From: Alkalispirochaeta sp.
GTDB lineage: Bacteria > Spirochaetota > Spirochaetia > DSM-27196 > Alkalispirochaetaceae
Direction of reading: 5' to 3'
NCBI GenBank assembly: GCA_965601925.1
Contig: OZ271854.1
Location: forward strand, 3,584,001 to 3,648,000
DNA: 64,000 nucleotides
The position numbers were made by a program, and so were the translations under genes. The notes beneath the pieces are model-generated. The model was not told where the DNA came from. It saw only the letters and a list, made by a program, of their open reading frames with translations, and searched no databases. Of the stretch, positions 31,101-41,067 are shown piece after piece. Positions within the stretch are counted from its first letter, which is position 1. Every line of letters begins with the position of its first letter.

Positions 31101-32726
31101 GTCTTCGATTCGATCGCCGCCACGCGATACTCGACCCCCGGCGTGGGATTGATCAGTCCACCGCCGCACCACGATATCTATTCGATCGAGGATCTCGCGC
31201 AGTTGATATTCGACCTCAAGAATGCCAACCCTTCCGCGCGGGTGAGTGTAAAACTGGTGAGCGAAGTGGGCGTCGGAACGATCGCCGCGGGGGTCGCCAA
31301 GGCGCACGCCGACCACATCCTCATCTCGGGCCACGACGGCGGCACCGGCGCGAGTCCCCTCACGGGCATCAAAAACGCCGGATTGCCGTGGGAGCTCGGC
31401 ATCGCCGAGACGCATCAGACCTTAGTGATGAACGACTTGCGCAGCCGCGTGGTTCTACAGACCGACGGGCAGATCAAAACGGGGCGCGATGTGGTCATCG
31501 CCGCGATGCTCGGCGCTGAGGAGGTCGGCTTTGCCACCGGCGCCTTGGTGGCTATGGGGTGCATCATGATGCGGAAGTGCGAGAAGAACACCTGCCCGGT
31601 GGGAATCGCCACTCAGGACGAACGGTTGCGCAAGAAGTTCACCGGCGAGGCCGAGCACGTCGTGAACCTAATGCGTTTCATCGCCGAAGAGGTGCGCGAG
31701 ATCATGGCGAATCTCGGACTTCGCACCTGGGACGAGTTGGTCGGTCGCGTCGATATGCTGACGGTCGACGAGGCGGTACGCAACTGGAAGAGTGAGGGCA
31801 TCGACCTGTCGGCGCTTCTTACGCCGGTCACGGTACCGCGGGGGCACAGCGGCATCTTCTGCTGCATTCCCCAGGACCACGGCATCGAGAGCATCTTGGA
31901 TCGAACGCTCATTGAGGCTGCCGGTCCCCTCTTTGAACGGGGCGACGCCGTCTCGGTCGAGCTTCCCATCCAGAACACGGACCGAACGACCGGCGGCATG
32001 TTGAGCCACGAGATCGTGAAGCGCATCGGAGCGTACGAACTCGACGAGGGCAGCTTCCACGCCAAGTTTACCGGCAGCGCCGGCCAGAGTTTCGGCGCGT
32101 GGCTCGCGCGAGGGGTGACGCTGGAGCTCGAAGGGGACGCCAACGACTACGTCGGAAAGGGGCTTTCCGGCGGTCGTCTCGTCATCTATCCGCCCCGGGC
32201 GTCTACCTTTCGAGCCGACGAAAACATCATCATCGGGAACGTCGCGTTCTACGGAGCCACCGGCGGGAGCGCCTTCATTCGTGGAGTTGCCGCCGAGCGC
32301 TTCTGCGTCCGGAACTCCGGCGCCGATGTGGTGATCGAGGGAGTCGGCGACCACGGGCTCGAGTACATGACCGGCGGACGGGCCGTTATCCTGGGATCGG
32401 TGGGACGAAACTTTGCCGCCGGTATGAGCGGCGGCGTCGCCTACGTGTGGGATAAGCGCGGCGTGCTCGAGGAGTACACCAATATGGGCATGGTGGAACT
32501 CCTGGAGCTGGAACCGGACGACGAAGTGACGCTCCTGGCAATGCTTCGTGAGCACATGCGGCTCACCGACAGCGACGTCGCAAAGGAGGTCCTGGCACAT
32601 TGGAGCACCGCACGTCCTCAGTTTGTACGGGTCATATCACCGGCGTATCGTCGTATTTTGGAGCTACAGAGGGAGCGCGACGAGCTCGCCTCCACGCAAC
32701 GCGATCAGGAGGTGGTGCATGGGTAA
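28167..32726 (+). CDS. gltB: Glutamate synthase large subunit
   Basis: EHDSCGVGF (Cys after propeptide), [32 protein letters not shown]...CPVG, GXGXG domain. Confidence 0.98.
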   Translation: MLRKVRPGKQLLYDPQFEHDSCGVGFVAHLKGAASHDLIPKAREILVNMTHRGAVGAEKDTGDGAGILTALPHALLERIAEKELGTDLPERGRFAAGLFFLPQDKSERTHCEAAFERIVAEEGQRFLGWRDVPRDGSGIGPSARAAEPVIRQAFVAAGNSVDSEQFERKLYVIRKRATHTIRGGRHDGSHFFYICSLSTRNIVYKGMLTPDQLFRYYLDLSDPLYDTHLAMVHSRFSTNTFPSWDRAQPLRFMSHNGEINTLRGNVNKMRAREGTLESELFGADIKKIMPVIEPDLSDSGSFDNVLELLLQSGRELPEAVMMMVPEAWQNHRHMPDVGSAMYEFMSAQMEPWDGPASITFTDGKVIGAVLDRNGLRPSRYYLTSDDLVIMASEVGVLPVDPATVVQKGRLQPGRMFLVDFDEGRIADDVELKNGFAARHPFRRWLDEQRISMASLPEPSHIHGLESSTILDRMRAFGFTLEHLKLILAPMAENAVEPLGSMGNDTPLAVLSDRPRLIYDYFKQLFAQVTNPPIDSIREEVIMSLGSYIGPEGNLLVHSPEDAHRLWLDHPILSNGRTAQLKEMDHRGWRSKIVDITYPVEAGEAGLQEALERIADEVEAAIGEGFSLAVLSDRAVGVERVPVSALLATGTVHHRLVRNHSRTRIGIVVESGEPREVHHFCTLVGYGADAINPYLAYEAMWHLRRDGEIRDDLTDEAIVEAYQYAIQKGMRKVFGKMGISTLESYKGAQIFEAVGLAEEVVDYAFVGTSSRIQGVGFRQLASEALRRHELGWPVGNRAIGAEYLNPGDYQWRFGGEKHMWDPESIADLQRAARQGDREAFGRFSARQNRRSVEQATLRGLLAFKKGSAVPIDEVEPVEAIMRRFVTGAMSYGSISLEAHETLALAMNRIGGKSNTGEGGEIRARYTPLADGSSKRSAIKQVASGRFGVTIEYLTNSDEMQIKMAQGAKPGEGGELPGHKVFDSIAATRYSTPGVGLISPPPHHDIYSIEDLAQLIFDLKNANPSARVSVKLVSEVGVGTIAAGVAKAHADHILISGHDGGTGASPLTGIKNAGLPWELGIAETHQTLVMNDLRSRVVLQTDGQIKTGRDVVIAAMLGAEEVGFATGALVAMGCIMMRKCEKNTCPVGIATQDERLRKKFTGEAEHVVNLMRFIAEEVREIMANLGLRTWDELVGRVDMLTVDEAVRNWKSEGIDLSALLTPVTVPRGHSGIFCCIPQDHGIESILDRTLIEAAGPLFERGDAVSVELPIQNTDRTTGGMLSHEIVKRIGAYELDEGSFHAKFTGSAGQSFGAWLARGVTLELEGDANDYVGKGLSGGRLVIYPPRASTFRADENIIIGNVAFYGATGGSAFIRGVAAERFCVRNSGADVVIEGVGDHGLEYMTGGRAVILGSVGRNFAAGMSGGVAYVWDKRGVLEEYTNMGMVELLELEPDDEVTLLAMLREHMRLTDSDVAKEVLAHWSTARPQFVRVISPAYRRILELQRERDELASTQRDQEVVHG

Positions 32727-34182
32727 GCCGACCGGGTTCATGGAGTATCAACGTCAAACGTCATCACACGTAGATTCGACCGTACGCATTCAAGACTTCA
32801 ACGAGTTCAAACAAGAGCTCGACGACAAGGAGCGGCAGATACAGGGTGCGCGGTGCATGGACTGCGGCATTCCCTTCTGCCAGTCGAACTTCGGATGTCC
32901 GGTGGACAACCTCATCCCGGAGTGGAACGACCTCATTTACCATGGACGGTGGGAAGAGGCGTTTTATCGCCTCATGAAGACCAACAATTTTCCGGAGTAT
33001 ACCGGTCGTGTCTGTCCGGCGCCGTGCGAGCACGCCTGCGTCCTGGGCATTAACGAACCGGCGGTAACGATCAAGGAAAACGAGGCGGCTATTATCGATC
33101 GCGCCTACGAGTCGGGACTCATGGAGCCGCGAGTACCGGCAATGCGCACCGGGAAGACCATCGCCGTCGTCGGGAGCGGACCGGCGGGCTTGGCTGCGGC
33201 GGACCAACTCAATCAGGCCGGACACACCGTGACCGTATACGAGCGCCAGGATCGCATCGGCGGCCTTTTGATGTACGGGATACCCAATATGAAGCTCGAC
33301 AAAGGCCTCGTAGAAAAGCGCAACGGAATCATGGCCGCCGAGGGGATTAGTTTTCGCACCAACGTCGACGTCGGCCGCGATATCGGTGCGGGGGCGCTCA
33401 TAGACTCCCACGACGCGGTGGTCCTCGCCGTCGGGGCGACCAAGCCGCGGGATCTCCCGGCACCCGGGCGCAATCTTGCGGGAATCCACTTTGCCATGGA
33501 GTTTCTCAAGGCAAATACGAAAAGTCTTCTCGACTCCTCCTTTGCCGACCGACAGTTCATCTCCGCCGAGGGCAAGAACGTCATCGTCATCGGCGGCGGC
33601 GATACCGGAAACGACTGTCTCGGTACCTCGATGCGCCACGGGTGCAAGAGCCTCGTGAACTTCGAGTTGATGCCGAAGCCGCCGGCCGAGCGCACCGACG
33701 AGATGCCGTGGCCCACCTTTGCCCGCACCTTCAAGAGCGATTACGGCCACGAGGAGGCGGAAAGTGTCTTCGGCCGCGATCCGCGCGAGTACTCGATCCT
33801 TACCAAGGAGTTCATCGGCGACGACGACGGTAACGTGCGCGCCGTGCGTACCGTACGCGTGCAGTGGATCAAGGAGCCGGGAAGCCGACCTCGGTTCGAA
33901 GAGATTCCCGGAACGGAGGAGGAGTGGCCGGCGGACCTGGTGCTCCTGGCGATGGGATTTCTGGGTCCCGAGGACTACATCGCCGAAGAGCTTGGTATGG
34001 AGCGCGACGAGCGGAGCAACTTCAAGGCCGAGTACGAGCGTTTCGTCACCTCGATTCCCGGAGTGTTTGCGACCGGCGACGCCCGCAGGGGTCAAAGCCT
34101 CGTCGTATGGGCCATCAAGGAGGGGCGCGGCGCGGCGCGGGAGGTCGATCGCTACCTGATGGGGCGTACGACCCTCGAGTAG
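32719..34182 (+). CDS. gltD: Glutamate synthase small subunit
   Basis: [37 protein letters not shown]. Confidence 0.98.
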   Translation: MGKPTGFMEYQRQTSSHVDSTVRIQDFNEFKQELDDKERQIQGARCMDCGIPFCQSNFGCPVDNLIPEWNDLIYHGRWEEAFYRLMKTNNFPEYTGRVCPAPCEHACVLGINEPAVTIKENEAAIIDRAYESGLMEPRVPAMRTGKTIAVVGSGPAGLAAADQLNQAGHTVTVYERQDRIGGLLMYGIPNMKLDKGLVEKRNGIMAAEGISFRTNVDVGRDIGAGALIDSHDAVVLAVGATKPRDLPAPGRNLAGIHFAMEFLKANTKSLLDSSFADRQFISAEGKNVIVIGGGDTGNDCLGTSMRHGCKSLVNFELMPKPPAERTDEMPWPTFARTFKSDYGHEEAESVFGRDPREYSILTKEFIGDDDGNVRAVRTVRVQWIKEPGSRPRFEEIPGTEEEWPADLVLLAMGFLGPEDYIAEELGMERDERSNFKAEYERFVTSIPGVFATGDARRGQSLVVWAIKEGRGAAREVDRYLMGRTTLE

Positions 34183-34300
34183 CTCGTCGATGCACGTGCG
34201 GCGCCGGCCCTCGAAGGTGTGAAGCGGTATGTTGCGTCACACGGTGCCAAAGCGGTTAGGCATGCGGAAGCGAATGGACCTGTCCCGGCCCTTACGTAGG

Positions 34301-34714
34301 TTACGCACTACCGGCTAACCTCACATACCCGCGTACTTGCATGAAACCCAACACCGCTTCAACGGCGGCAAATACCAGGAGGAACGTCGTCACATTAAAG
34401 AATGCTACGTAGAAGACTATCAGCACGCAAATCAATATCCTGGTCACTCCGTCCCAGAACCCATACACCGGCTTGGGGTCATGTGCTCTCGCTATCGCCC
34501 ACACAGCCGTTATCACCGCCATCATGTTCACGAAGAACAACGCGAGCGTTGAGAAGGTTCCAACGTACCCCGGAAGGTTCAGCGCCGAGTCAACGTGCTC
34601 AATGAGTGACAATGTCCATCGAACAACACCGGGAAAGATGAACAGAAGCATCAATCCTGCATCGTAGTACCCCGTCGTGCGGACGAATCGTTCATACTTT
34701 ATTTTTGCCCTCAT
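34301..34714 (-). CDS. Hypothetical 4-TM membrane protein
   Basis: AGGAGAGG RBS; four hydrophobic segments; divergent from an XRE regulator. Confidence 0.75.
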   Translation of the reverse strand: MRAKIKYERFVRTTGYYDAGLMLLFIFPGVVRWTLSLIEHVDSALNLPGYVGTFSTLALFFVNMMAVITAVWAIARAHDPKPVYGFWDGVTRILICVLIVFYVAFFNVTTFLLVFAAVEAVLGFMQVRGYVRLAGSA

Positions 34715-34775
34715 GGCGACACCTCTCCTTGCGATGTAGTAGATGCGAGGATCGCACCGGTCACCAATCCGAGCA

Positions 34776-34792
34776 ATTACCTGCGAGGTAAT
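34776..34792. promoter_or_regulatory. Palindromic operator between the membrane gene and the XRE/MmyB regulator
   Basis: Perfect ATTACCT-gcg-AGGTAAT. Confidence 0.7.
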
Positions 34793-34830
34793 GTCGTTAT
34801 CGCGGTAGCGGAATTATATTCCGACGTGGA

Positions 34831-35685
34831 ATGACAGCTCGCTTTGAGCACTTGGATGGTCACAACAAAAAGAACTCCACCTCGCGATACGCGACCGGCC
34901 TGCCTATGCAGTTACGCTACTGGCGGCACCTCAGAGGATTCAGCCAGCTTGAGCTTGCGCTGGAAGCGGGTCTTTCGGCGCGGCATGTTAGTTTTCTCGA
35001 GACGGGGCGCTCGAAGGCGTCGGACGATACGATAGCTCGACTATCGACGGCACTACGGCTTTCGTATGCAGATGCTATGTCGCTTAGAAGAGCCAACGCC
35101 GGCTTGCGAAGCATCCCGCATCACCCAGATCCTCAAACCCGAGCAACCCTAAACCGGATGGTGGAAGCGCATGCACCGTATCCCGCACTGATCGTGGACT
35201 CCATTGGAACCATCCATGGCGCGAATGACGCGATGCGGCTGTTGATAGCATCTCTGCCTACGGGAATGGAATCGTCGAACCTCTTTGAGCTGTATTTCTC
35301 CCCCTACGGGTTTCGGACGATCGTGGACGACGCGGAGCATGTGGCCCGGATGCTCTTTTCGCAGATTCGACGTGACCTTCTCGCGGTAAATCGACCGGAG
35401 GCGATGTGTGTCCTCGAATATCTGACCCGTTTGGCTCCGGATCTTGCGAGTCTCGAGCCGTCTTCGATGAAGAACGAGTCGCGCCCCGGCGTTGAGTCGG
35501 TCGTACATGTGGGAGGTACACGTTTGCACCTATCCTCGATGTTTGCGTCGTTCGGATCCGAGGACGCTGGGAATCAATCCGACTGGCGCGTTGAGACCGT
35601 GTTTCCCTTAAACGACGAGACCGCGGAGTTTTTCACCGCGCCGTCGCGTCGCTCCATACGCCCGACTCGGTACCGCACGTCTTGA
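34831..35685 (+). CDS. XRE-family HTH regulator with MmyB-like ligand-binding domain
   Basis: WRHLRGFSQLELALEAGLSARHVSFLETGRSK, HAPYPALIVD, RVETVFPLNDET. Confidence 0.88.
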   Translation: MTARFEHLDGHNKKNSTSRYATGLPMQLRYWRHLRGFSQLELALEAGLSARHVSFLETGRSKASDDTIARLSTALRLSYADAMSLRRANAGLRSIPHHPDPQTRATLNRMVEAHAPYPALIVDSIGTIHGANDAMRLLIASLPTGMESSNLFELYFSPYGFRTIVDDAEHVARMLFSQIRRDLLAVNRPEAMCVLEYLTRLAPDLASLEPSSMKNESRPGVESVVHVGGTRLHLSSMFASFGSEDAGNQSDWRVETVFPLNDETAEFFTAPSRRSIRPTRYRTS

Positions 35686-35792
35686 TAGTTTTTCTCACGC
35701 AAAGACGGCCTATCGTCCCAAATCTCCCAGGTCTCGTTGTTCACCGAGGGCACGAATGAATCATCGGCGCAAGCGAACCGCGTCACGACGGT

Positions 35793-36131
35793 TCATGTGC
35801 CCAAAAAGTCGTCACGAACCGGCGAGAACGTATCGACCAGGCGCACGTGCGCACTGAGCAGTTGCACCGCGTGAGGCACATTCGGCGGCACGGTCACCAT
35901 GTCGCCGGCGGTAAGCTTGTGCGGCCGGCCGTCTAAAAAGAAGTTGATCTCGCCCTGTGCCACGTAGGTGATCTGTTCATGGACGTGGTGGTGCGGTGGG
36001 TCGGAGTGCTCGGTGGGTCCGTCGGTAAAGTCGATCACCGCCATCATCAAGTGTTCGGTGTGACTCAGATAGCGTTCGCGCTTTTCGGCTATCTGCGTTT
36101 TGGGTGTTTGCTGTTCTCGTACTATCGCCAT
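35793..36131 (-). CDS. kdgF: Cupin, KdgF-like (pectin monouronate linearisation)
   Basis: HHHVHEQITYV..G and VPPNVPHAV cupin motifs, DTFSPVRDDFL end; follows kduI-kduD. Confidence 0.7.
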   Translation of the reverse strand: MAIVREQQTPKTQIAEKRERYLSHTEHLMMAVIDFTDGPTEHSDPPHHHVHEQITYVAQGEINFFLDGRPHKLTAGDMVTVPPNVPHAVQLLSAHVRLVDTFSPVRDDFLGT

Positions 36132-36163
36132 TGTTTGCTCCTTTCGCATATCGAACGATCGGT

Positions 36164-36412
36164 TCAGCGCGCCAGTCGGCCGCCGTCGACGGGGACTACC
36201 GCGCCGTGCATGTGTTCTGAGGCGGACGAAGCCAAGGGCAGCGCCGTACCCTGCAAATCACCCGGCTCGCCCCACGCCCCGGCAGGTATGCGGGCGACGA
36301 TCGCCGCGCCCGCCTCCGCCAAACCCGCGGCGATCGCTTGGCCCAGTCCGCGGTTGGCGCCGGTTACGAGCGCAACCTTTCCATCCAGCCGAAACCGATC
36401 GAGAATACCCAC
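36164..36412 (-). pseudogene. kduD: Internally deleted 2-dehydro-3-deoxy-D-gluconate 5-dehydrogenase
   Basis: N-terminus (FRLDGKVALVTGANRGLGQAIA) fused in frame to C-terminus (RIPAGAWGEPGDL..VDGGRLAR); 82 aa, no YxxxK. Confidence 0.85.
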
Positions 36413-36423
36413 CGGTCACCGCC

Positions 36424-37257
36424 TTACCGCAGGTCGGCCATCGGTACGGCGTCCATATCGGTAAACGCCTGGTTCTCGCCGGCCATCGCCCACACAAAGG
36501 CGTAGTTGCCGGTGCCCATGCCGGCGTGGATCGACCAACTGGGCGAGATGACCGCTTGCCTGTCGCGCATCACCAGGTGACGCGTCTGGCTCGGCTCGCC
36601 CATCAGATGAAACACCACGTTGTCGTCGGCGATGTCGAAATAGAGGTACGCCTCCATGCGCCGCGCATGCTTGTGTGCTGGCATCGTGTTCCACATGTTG
36701 TTCGGTTGCAACAACGTCATGCCCATCACGATCTGCGAGCTCGGCACGCCGTCGGGGTGGATGTACTTGTAGATCGTACGCGTGTTACTGTGCGCGCTGT
36801 CGCCTAAATGGACCGGCTGTGCGTCGGCGAGTTTGATGTGCGCGGTTCGATGGTGCGCGTGAGACGGCGCGCTAAAAAGATAGAAACATGCGGAATCGGA
36901 CCGATCATCGCTGGTAAACTGTACCTCCCGCGCCCCCGTGCCGATGTAGAGTCCGTCTTGTTTGGCAAGGACGAATCGCCGGCCGTCCACTTCGATGCCG
37001 CCCGCGCCGCCGACGTTGATGATTCCCACCTCGCGACGTTCCAGAAAATAGTCGACGGCGAGTTCTTCGCGGTCTGCTTGCAGCGCCAACGGTTCGGCCA
37101 CCGGCGTTGCGCCTCCGATGATGACGCGGTCGATGTGACTGTACACCAACGCGAGTTTGCCCGGCACAAAAAGCTCGCCGACGTGAAAGTTGGCGTACAG
37201 TTCCTCGGTACTCATCGTCTTTACCGCTTCCGGATGCACCGGATACCGTGTCTCCAT
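36424..37257 (-). CDS. kduI: 5-dehydro-4-deoxy-D-glucuronate isomerase
   Basis: YSHIDR, YFLERREVG, WNTMPAHKHARRMEAYLYF, SPSWSIH, WAMAGENQ. Confidence 0.95.
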   Translation of the reverse strand: METRYPVHPEAVKTMSTEELYANFHVGELFVPGKLALVYSHIDRVIIGGATPVAEPLALQADREELAVDYFLERREVGIINVGGAGGIEVDGRRFVLAKQDGLYIGTGAREVQFTSDDRSDSACFYLFSAPSHAHHRTAHIKLADAQPVHLGDSAHSNTRTIYKYIHPDGVPSSQIVMGMTLLQPNNMWNTMPAHKHARRMEAYLYFDIADDNVVFHLMGEPSQTRHLVMRDRQAVISPSWSIHAGMGTGNYAFVWAMAGENQAFTDMDAVPMADLR

Positions 37258-37307
37258 CGCTTTACCCCCTGCTATCTGTCGCTCAGCCTCATGCAACGGC
37301 CGGCTCC

Positions 37308-37430
37308 TTAAAACTCTAAAAGATACCGTTGAACGCGTCCGTCGTAGTCCGAGACGTAGAGAATGCGACTGCCGTCCCAATCCCTGGTGGGGTGGCAGTG
37401 GTTGCAGTAGTACGGCATATCGACCTTTTT
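37308..37430 (-). pseudogene. C-terminal fragment of an oligogalacturonate lyase-like beta-propeller
   Basis: HCHPTRDWDGSRILYVSDYDGRVQRYL* resembles the Ogl/TolB-like last blade; cut off at the IS481 remnant. Confidence 0.55.
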
Positions 37431-37464
37431 AATCAACGCTCCGGTGCGGTCGATCAGGGAACCG

Positions 37465-37812
37465 TTCGGCGACATAGATAACAAGAAACTCTCGCAACAT
37501 CGGTAACACGAATTCTCAGGACATGGGTACCACTCTCCACGGGGAGGATAGCTCATTTCATGGAACGGAGTTACCGTGCACGAGCCGCGGCGAGTATGGC
37601 CGCGCAACAACGACGCGTTTACGCCTTTCAAGACGAGCTCAATCAGATTCGTCCTCACGAAGGCATTGTCACGGCGCGCCCCGCCGATCCGTACCGACAG
37701 TCACCGAGAAACACGCCGCATCGCCTTACGACCTATGACTATCCCTCGCACTACCTGATCCGTCGGGTCAGTCGTGCCGGGACCGTGTCGTGTGTGTAAC
37801 GGGTCTCACCGG
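37465..37812 (+). mobile_element. IS481-family remnant with large internal deletion
   Basis: Three subterminal repeats GACATAGATAACA / AACATCGGTAACA / GACATGGGTACCA; degenerate N-terminus (SWNGVTVHE) after GGAGG; C-terminal fragment AQQRR..AFQDELNQIRPHEG..PADPYRQSPR..YDYPSHYLIRRVS. Confidence 0.72.
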
Positions 37813-37814
37813 AG

Positions 37815-38693
37815 TTAAGAAGAAGTCGGCCGAACATGTTGGAACGCACCAACGATGTGGTCCGACAAAGAGTCAATCACCGGACGTTCTTCGGTTTGGC
37901 TCCTGTGCAGGTATATATCGGCGTCAGGGAGCTTCGGAAAGTTCGCGTTGTTGGATATGATTTTGAAGCCCTCGGGAACGATGCTTTCACTCATGACTGA
38001 GATGGCCAATCCGGCCGATACGGCTGCGATATGACCCATGATGCTCTCGCTCGAGTACGCGATGCGATAGTCGGTACCGACCCTATCGAGTTCACGAGTT
38101 GCCCACACACGGAACAAGCAGTCTGAGGTCGGGAAAAGCGCCAACGGAACAGGTCGCAGTTCCTCAACGTGATGGTATGGGGAGGATACCCAAACAGACG
38201 GTTCATGTCGAAGCAACCGCGAATCCGGGAACTTTGGTTCCATAGTAGTCGTCAGTGCCAAATCGAGTTCTCCGGTTTCAATCAGGCGCACCAGCTGATA
38301 ACTCGACATAACCAACACCTCGACTTGGACGTTCGGGTAGATTCGCGAGAAACCGGCAAGAATGTCCGGAAGAAACCGTGTCGCGTAGTCGTCGGGTATT
38401 CCGACCTTGACGGAACCAGATAGGTCGGGGCGTGTTATCTGAGAAATCGCCTCGTCGTTCAGTCGAACGATTCGACGCGCATACGCTGTCATCGTCTCTC
38501 CCTCCTGAGTAAGGACGGATCCCCGGCCCTCACGAGAGAACAACGGTTTCCCCAGGATTTCCTCGAGCCGTTTTATTTGCATGCTAACCGCAGACTGCGT
38601 TCGATTCACCTGTTCCGCCGCACGGCTGAAGCTACCGCTATCGACGATCTGAAGGAACGTATTCAACATGTCAATTGGCAGGGGCGTCTTCAT
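37815..38693 (-). CDS. LysR family transcriptional regulator
   Basis: SGSFSRAAEQVNRTQSAVSMQIKRLEE, VKVGIPDDYA; start MKTPLP. Confidence 0.95.
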   Translation of the reverse strand: MKTPLPIDMLNTFLQIVDSGSFSRAAEQVNRTQSAVSMQIKRLEEILGKPLFSREGRGSVLTQEGETMTAYARRIVRLNDEAISQITRPDLSGSVKVGIPDDYATRFLPDILAGFSRIYPNVQVEVLVMSSYQLVRLIETGELDLALTTTMEPKFPDSRLLRHEPSVWVSSPYHHVEELRPVPLALFPTSDCLFRVWATRELDRVGTDYRIAYSSESIMGHIAAVSAGLAISVMSESIVPEGFKIISNNANFPKLPDADIYLHRSQTEERPVIDSLSDHIVGAFQHVRPTSS

Positions 38694-38705
38694 CGGCTCC
38701 TCGTT

Positions 38706-38726
38706 TATATCAAATATTATGATATA
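38706..38726. promoter_or_regulatory. LysR-type operator (T-N11-A palindrome)
   Basis: TATATCA-aatatta-TGATATA in the divergent LysR/DUF1127 spacer. Confidence 0.7.
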
Positions 38727-38816
38727 AATCATACAAATAATTCGTTTGATTGAATAGTCTTGGTTGAGGATATTCGTTGTAGCGACTGAGTTCCGAAGAT
38801 GACAAGGAGTTGAACA

Positions 38817-39071
38817 ATGGATATCAAAGCATTCCAACCGTTGGGACAACGTGCCGACTACCAACCCAACAGAGTGTTATTCACGAAGATACTCCGGTCC
38901 CTTTCCGAAAAGATCAAAGAATCTCGGCTTAGGAGTCGCAACTTGCAAGTACTGCGCGAATTGCCCGACTACCTATTGGGGGATATAGGTTTGAGTCGAG
39001 TTGACTTGGAACGGATCACGACAGATTCGTTTCTTAGGGATCCTACATTGATAGACAGATGGAAGGAGTAG
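38817..39071 (+). CDS. DUF1127 (YjiS-like) small protein
   Basis: AAGGAG RBS; LRELPDYLLGDIGLSR signature. Confidence 0.82.
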   Translation: MDIKAFQPLGQRADYQPNRVLFTKILRSLSEKIKESRLRSRNLQVLRELPDYLLGDIGLSRVDLERITTDSFLRDPTLIDRWKE

Positions 39072-39370
39072 GCGCCGAATCAACGGGTGGTTTTATCGGC
39101 CGTCGACTCAATGAGGCGGTCAAGGGTACCGGCTACATAACATTTTCGGTTCATAGCGACCGTTCTTTTGGGACGTCGATTGTAGGAAGCATGGGGGAGA
39201 CCGGGTCGAGAAGGGCAGAGCGGGTGCCGCAATCGCCGCGCTACTCCCACCGCCGCGGCCGCGGCTCCGGGCCGGAGCCGCGCTGCCGCCGCATGGCGTA
39301 CATAGGACGAGATCTTCCCATTGAGAAGGCCCGTTTCTTACGCTACGGCCGGATCGCTTCGCCCTGTCGG

Positions 39371-39772
39371 TCAAGTCGACGAGTCCTCCCGCTCCCATGT
39401 ATCGGACACCACTTTGCCCTTCCGGTAGTCATCCACAACCAGAATCAACTGATTGTCATGATCGCTGTACTGAACCTCGATCGTGACGCCCGCATTGGCG
39501 ATGCGACGGGTAAATGCCCCCAGTTGACCAGGGGTTCCTTGTCGAAGCCGCTGGACAAGCACCTTACGCACCGCGGTTACCCGTATTCCCGCTTCGCTCA
39601 ATGCCCTCTGGGCAGCCGCACCATCTTTGAACAAGAAGTTGGCGTACCCGATCCCGTCGTGGACGAACACACCGCCACCCTCTATTCCGATTCCGTTTTC
39701 TCCGAGAACCTCTCCCATGCGCGCCAACGTACCCGGTTGGTGCGGAAGCTCTATCGAAACATTGTCCATCAT
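39371..39772 (-). CDS. Tandem ACT-domain protein
   Basis: HQPGTLARMGEVLGENGIGIEGGG and QGTPGQLG..IANAGVTIEVQYSDHDNQLILVVD. Confidence 0.85.
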   Translation of the reverse strand: MMDNVSIELPHQPGTLARMGEVLGENGIGIEGGGVFVHDGIGYANFLFKDGAAAQRALSEAGIRVTAVRKVLVQRLRQGTPGQLGAFTRRIANAGVTIEVQYSDHDNQLILVVDDYRKGKVVSDTWEREDSST

Positions 39773-40264
39773 CTACCTCCTTCCTTTGTCACTTGAGTTA
39801 ACTACCAAGATCTCCGGCTCAAATCGCACGGGAAAGTTCACCGATCGGGCGATGAAGCAATGCGCGTGCGCGGTCTCGTGGAGCGCTTGCGCTTGTTCAA
39901 GGCGAGAGCCATCGGCGATGTAAACGACGGGGCGAAGTACGGCGTGATCGAATGCACCGCTTCCGGCGTCGAGCGTCAGCAGCGCCGAACTCCGGTCTTC
40001 GTACCTTTCCACGCGGACTCCTGCTTTTGCGCAGAGCGCCAAGTAGAACAGCATGTGACACGCCGAGAGCGCGGAAAGCAGCATCTCTTCCGGATTCACC
40101 AACGACGCGTCTCCTAAGAAGTGTGGGTCCGCGGATCCCGTGACCGCCGGTTTCCCCGGCATTACGACGCGGTACTCCCGCCGGTACGAGCGGTAGTCGG
40201 CAGTGCCCGATCCGCTGTTTCCGGTCCACTGCAGGTGCGCGGCGTACTCATGCGCGTTCGCCAT
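39773..40264 (-). CDS. OsmC family protein
   Basis: GSADPHFLGD, NPEEMLLSALSACHML, AHAHCFIARSV. Confidence 0.92.
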   Translation of the reverse strand: MANAHEYAAHLQWTGNSGSGTADYRSYRREYRVVMPGKPAVTGSADPHFLGDASLVNPEEMLLSALSACHMLFYLALCAKAGVRVERYEDRSSALLTLDAGSGAFDHAVLRPVVYIADGSRLEQAQALHETAHAHCFIARSVNFPVRFEPEILVVNSSDKGRR

Positions 40265-40354
40265 ACAATCCTCCTCTTTGAGTCGTTTTTATGTGGTCGG
40301 TTCAGCAGTGCGACCGACTCTGACCGCACTATAGGGGTTGGAACGGGAGCACGC

Positions 40355-40370
40355 TTTGATTACCATCAAA
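40355..40370. promoter_or_regulatory. Palindrome abutting the ArsR-like regulator start
   Basis: TTTGAT-tacc-ATCAAA two nt before the ATG. Confidence 0.5.
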
Positions 40371-40372
40371 AT

Positions 40373-41050
40373 ATGGATGTACGGGAGCGCATGGCACAGG
40401 TGGCGGGCCTCATCTCCGAAACGACGCGGTCGCGGTTACTGTCGACTATGATGGATGGCCGCGCGCATACTGCTACCGAGCTCGCGATCGATGGTGAGGT
40501 GATGCCGGCAACCGCCAGCTTCCACCTCTCCAAGTTGGTGGCCGGCGGATTGGTGGAGGTCGCTCGGCAGGGGCGCCACCGCTACTACCGCATTCGCGAT
40601 CACGAGGTCGCCGCGGCGATCGAAACGATTATGGGAGTGGCGGGGGCGGACACCGGCGGCGAAGCGCAGTCACGCATCGAACACGAACTCCGTCAAGCTC
40701 GCACCTGCTACGATCATCTGGCGGGCGAGTACGCGGTCAGGTTTTACGACGCCCTGGTAAATCGCGGCGTACTCGTCGGCTCCGGACGAGAGGTCGCGGT
40801 AACGCCGGAAGGCGACAGGTGGTTCTCGGGTATCGGTATATCGGTAGAGCGACTGCGCAAAACAAGACGCGCGCTCTGCCGTGGTTGCCTCGATTGGAGC
40901 GAGCGTCGCTTTCACCTCGCCGGAGCTATCGGAGCCGCGGTGATGGAGTACCTGCTTCAGAAGCAACTGGTCGTGCGCGAGCCGCACTCTCGACAGGTCG
41001 CCGTGTCCAGCCGAGGTATCGCGTTCCTAACCGATCTTGGGCTCCGGTGA
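40373..41050 (+). CDS. ArsR/SmtB-family winged-helix regulator with C-terminal Cys/His domain
   Basis: DGRAHTATELA, QGRHRYY, ARTCYDHLAG, CLDWSERRFHLAG. Confidence 0.9.
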   Translation: MDVRERMAQVAGLISETTRSRLLSTMMDGRAHTATELAIDGEVMPATASFHLSKLVAGGLVEVARQGRHRYYRIRDHEVAAAIETIMGVAGADTGGEAQSRIEHELRQARTCYDHLAGEYAVRFYDALVNRGVLVGSGREVAVTPEGDRWFSGIGISVERLRKTRRALCRGCLDWSERRFHLAGAIGAAVMEYLLQKQLVVREPHSRQVAVSSRGIAFLTDLGLR

Positions 41051-41067
41051 AGCGATCTGCACGGTCG

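Noticed and set aside
29526..31415. 629 aa antisense ORF in gltB, and similar long antisense ORFs in gltD, E2, tsf/rpsB and the protease
   Set aside because: Shadow ORFs expected opposite high-GC genes; no recognisable motifs
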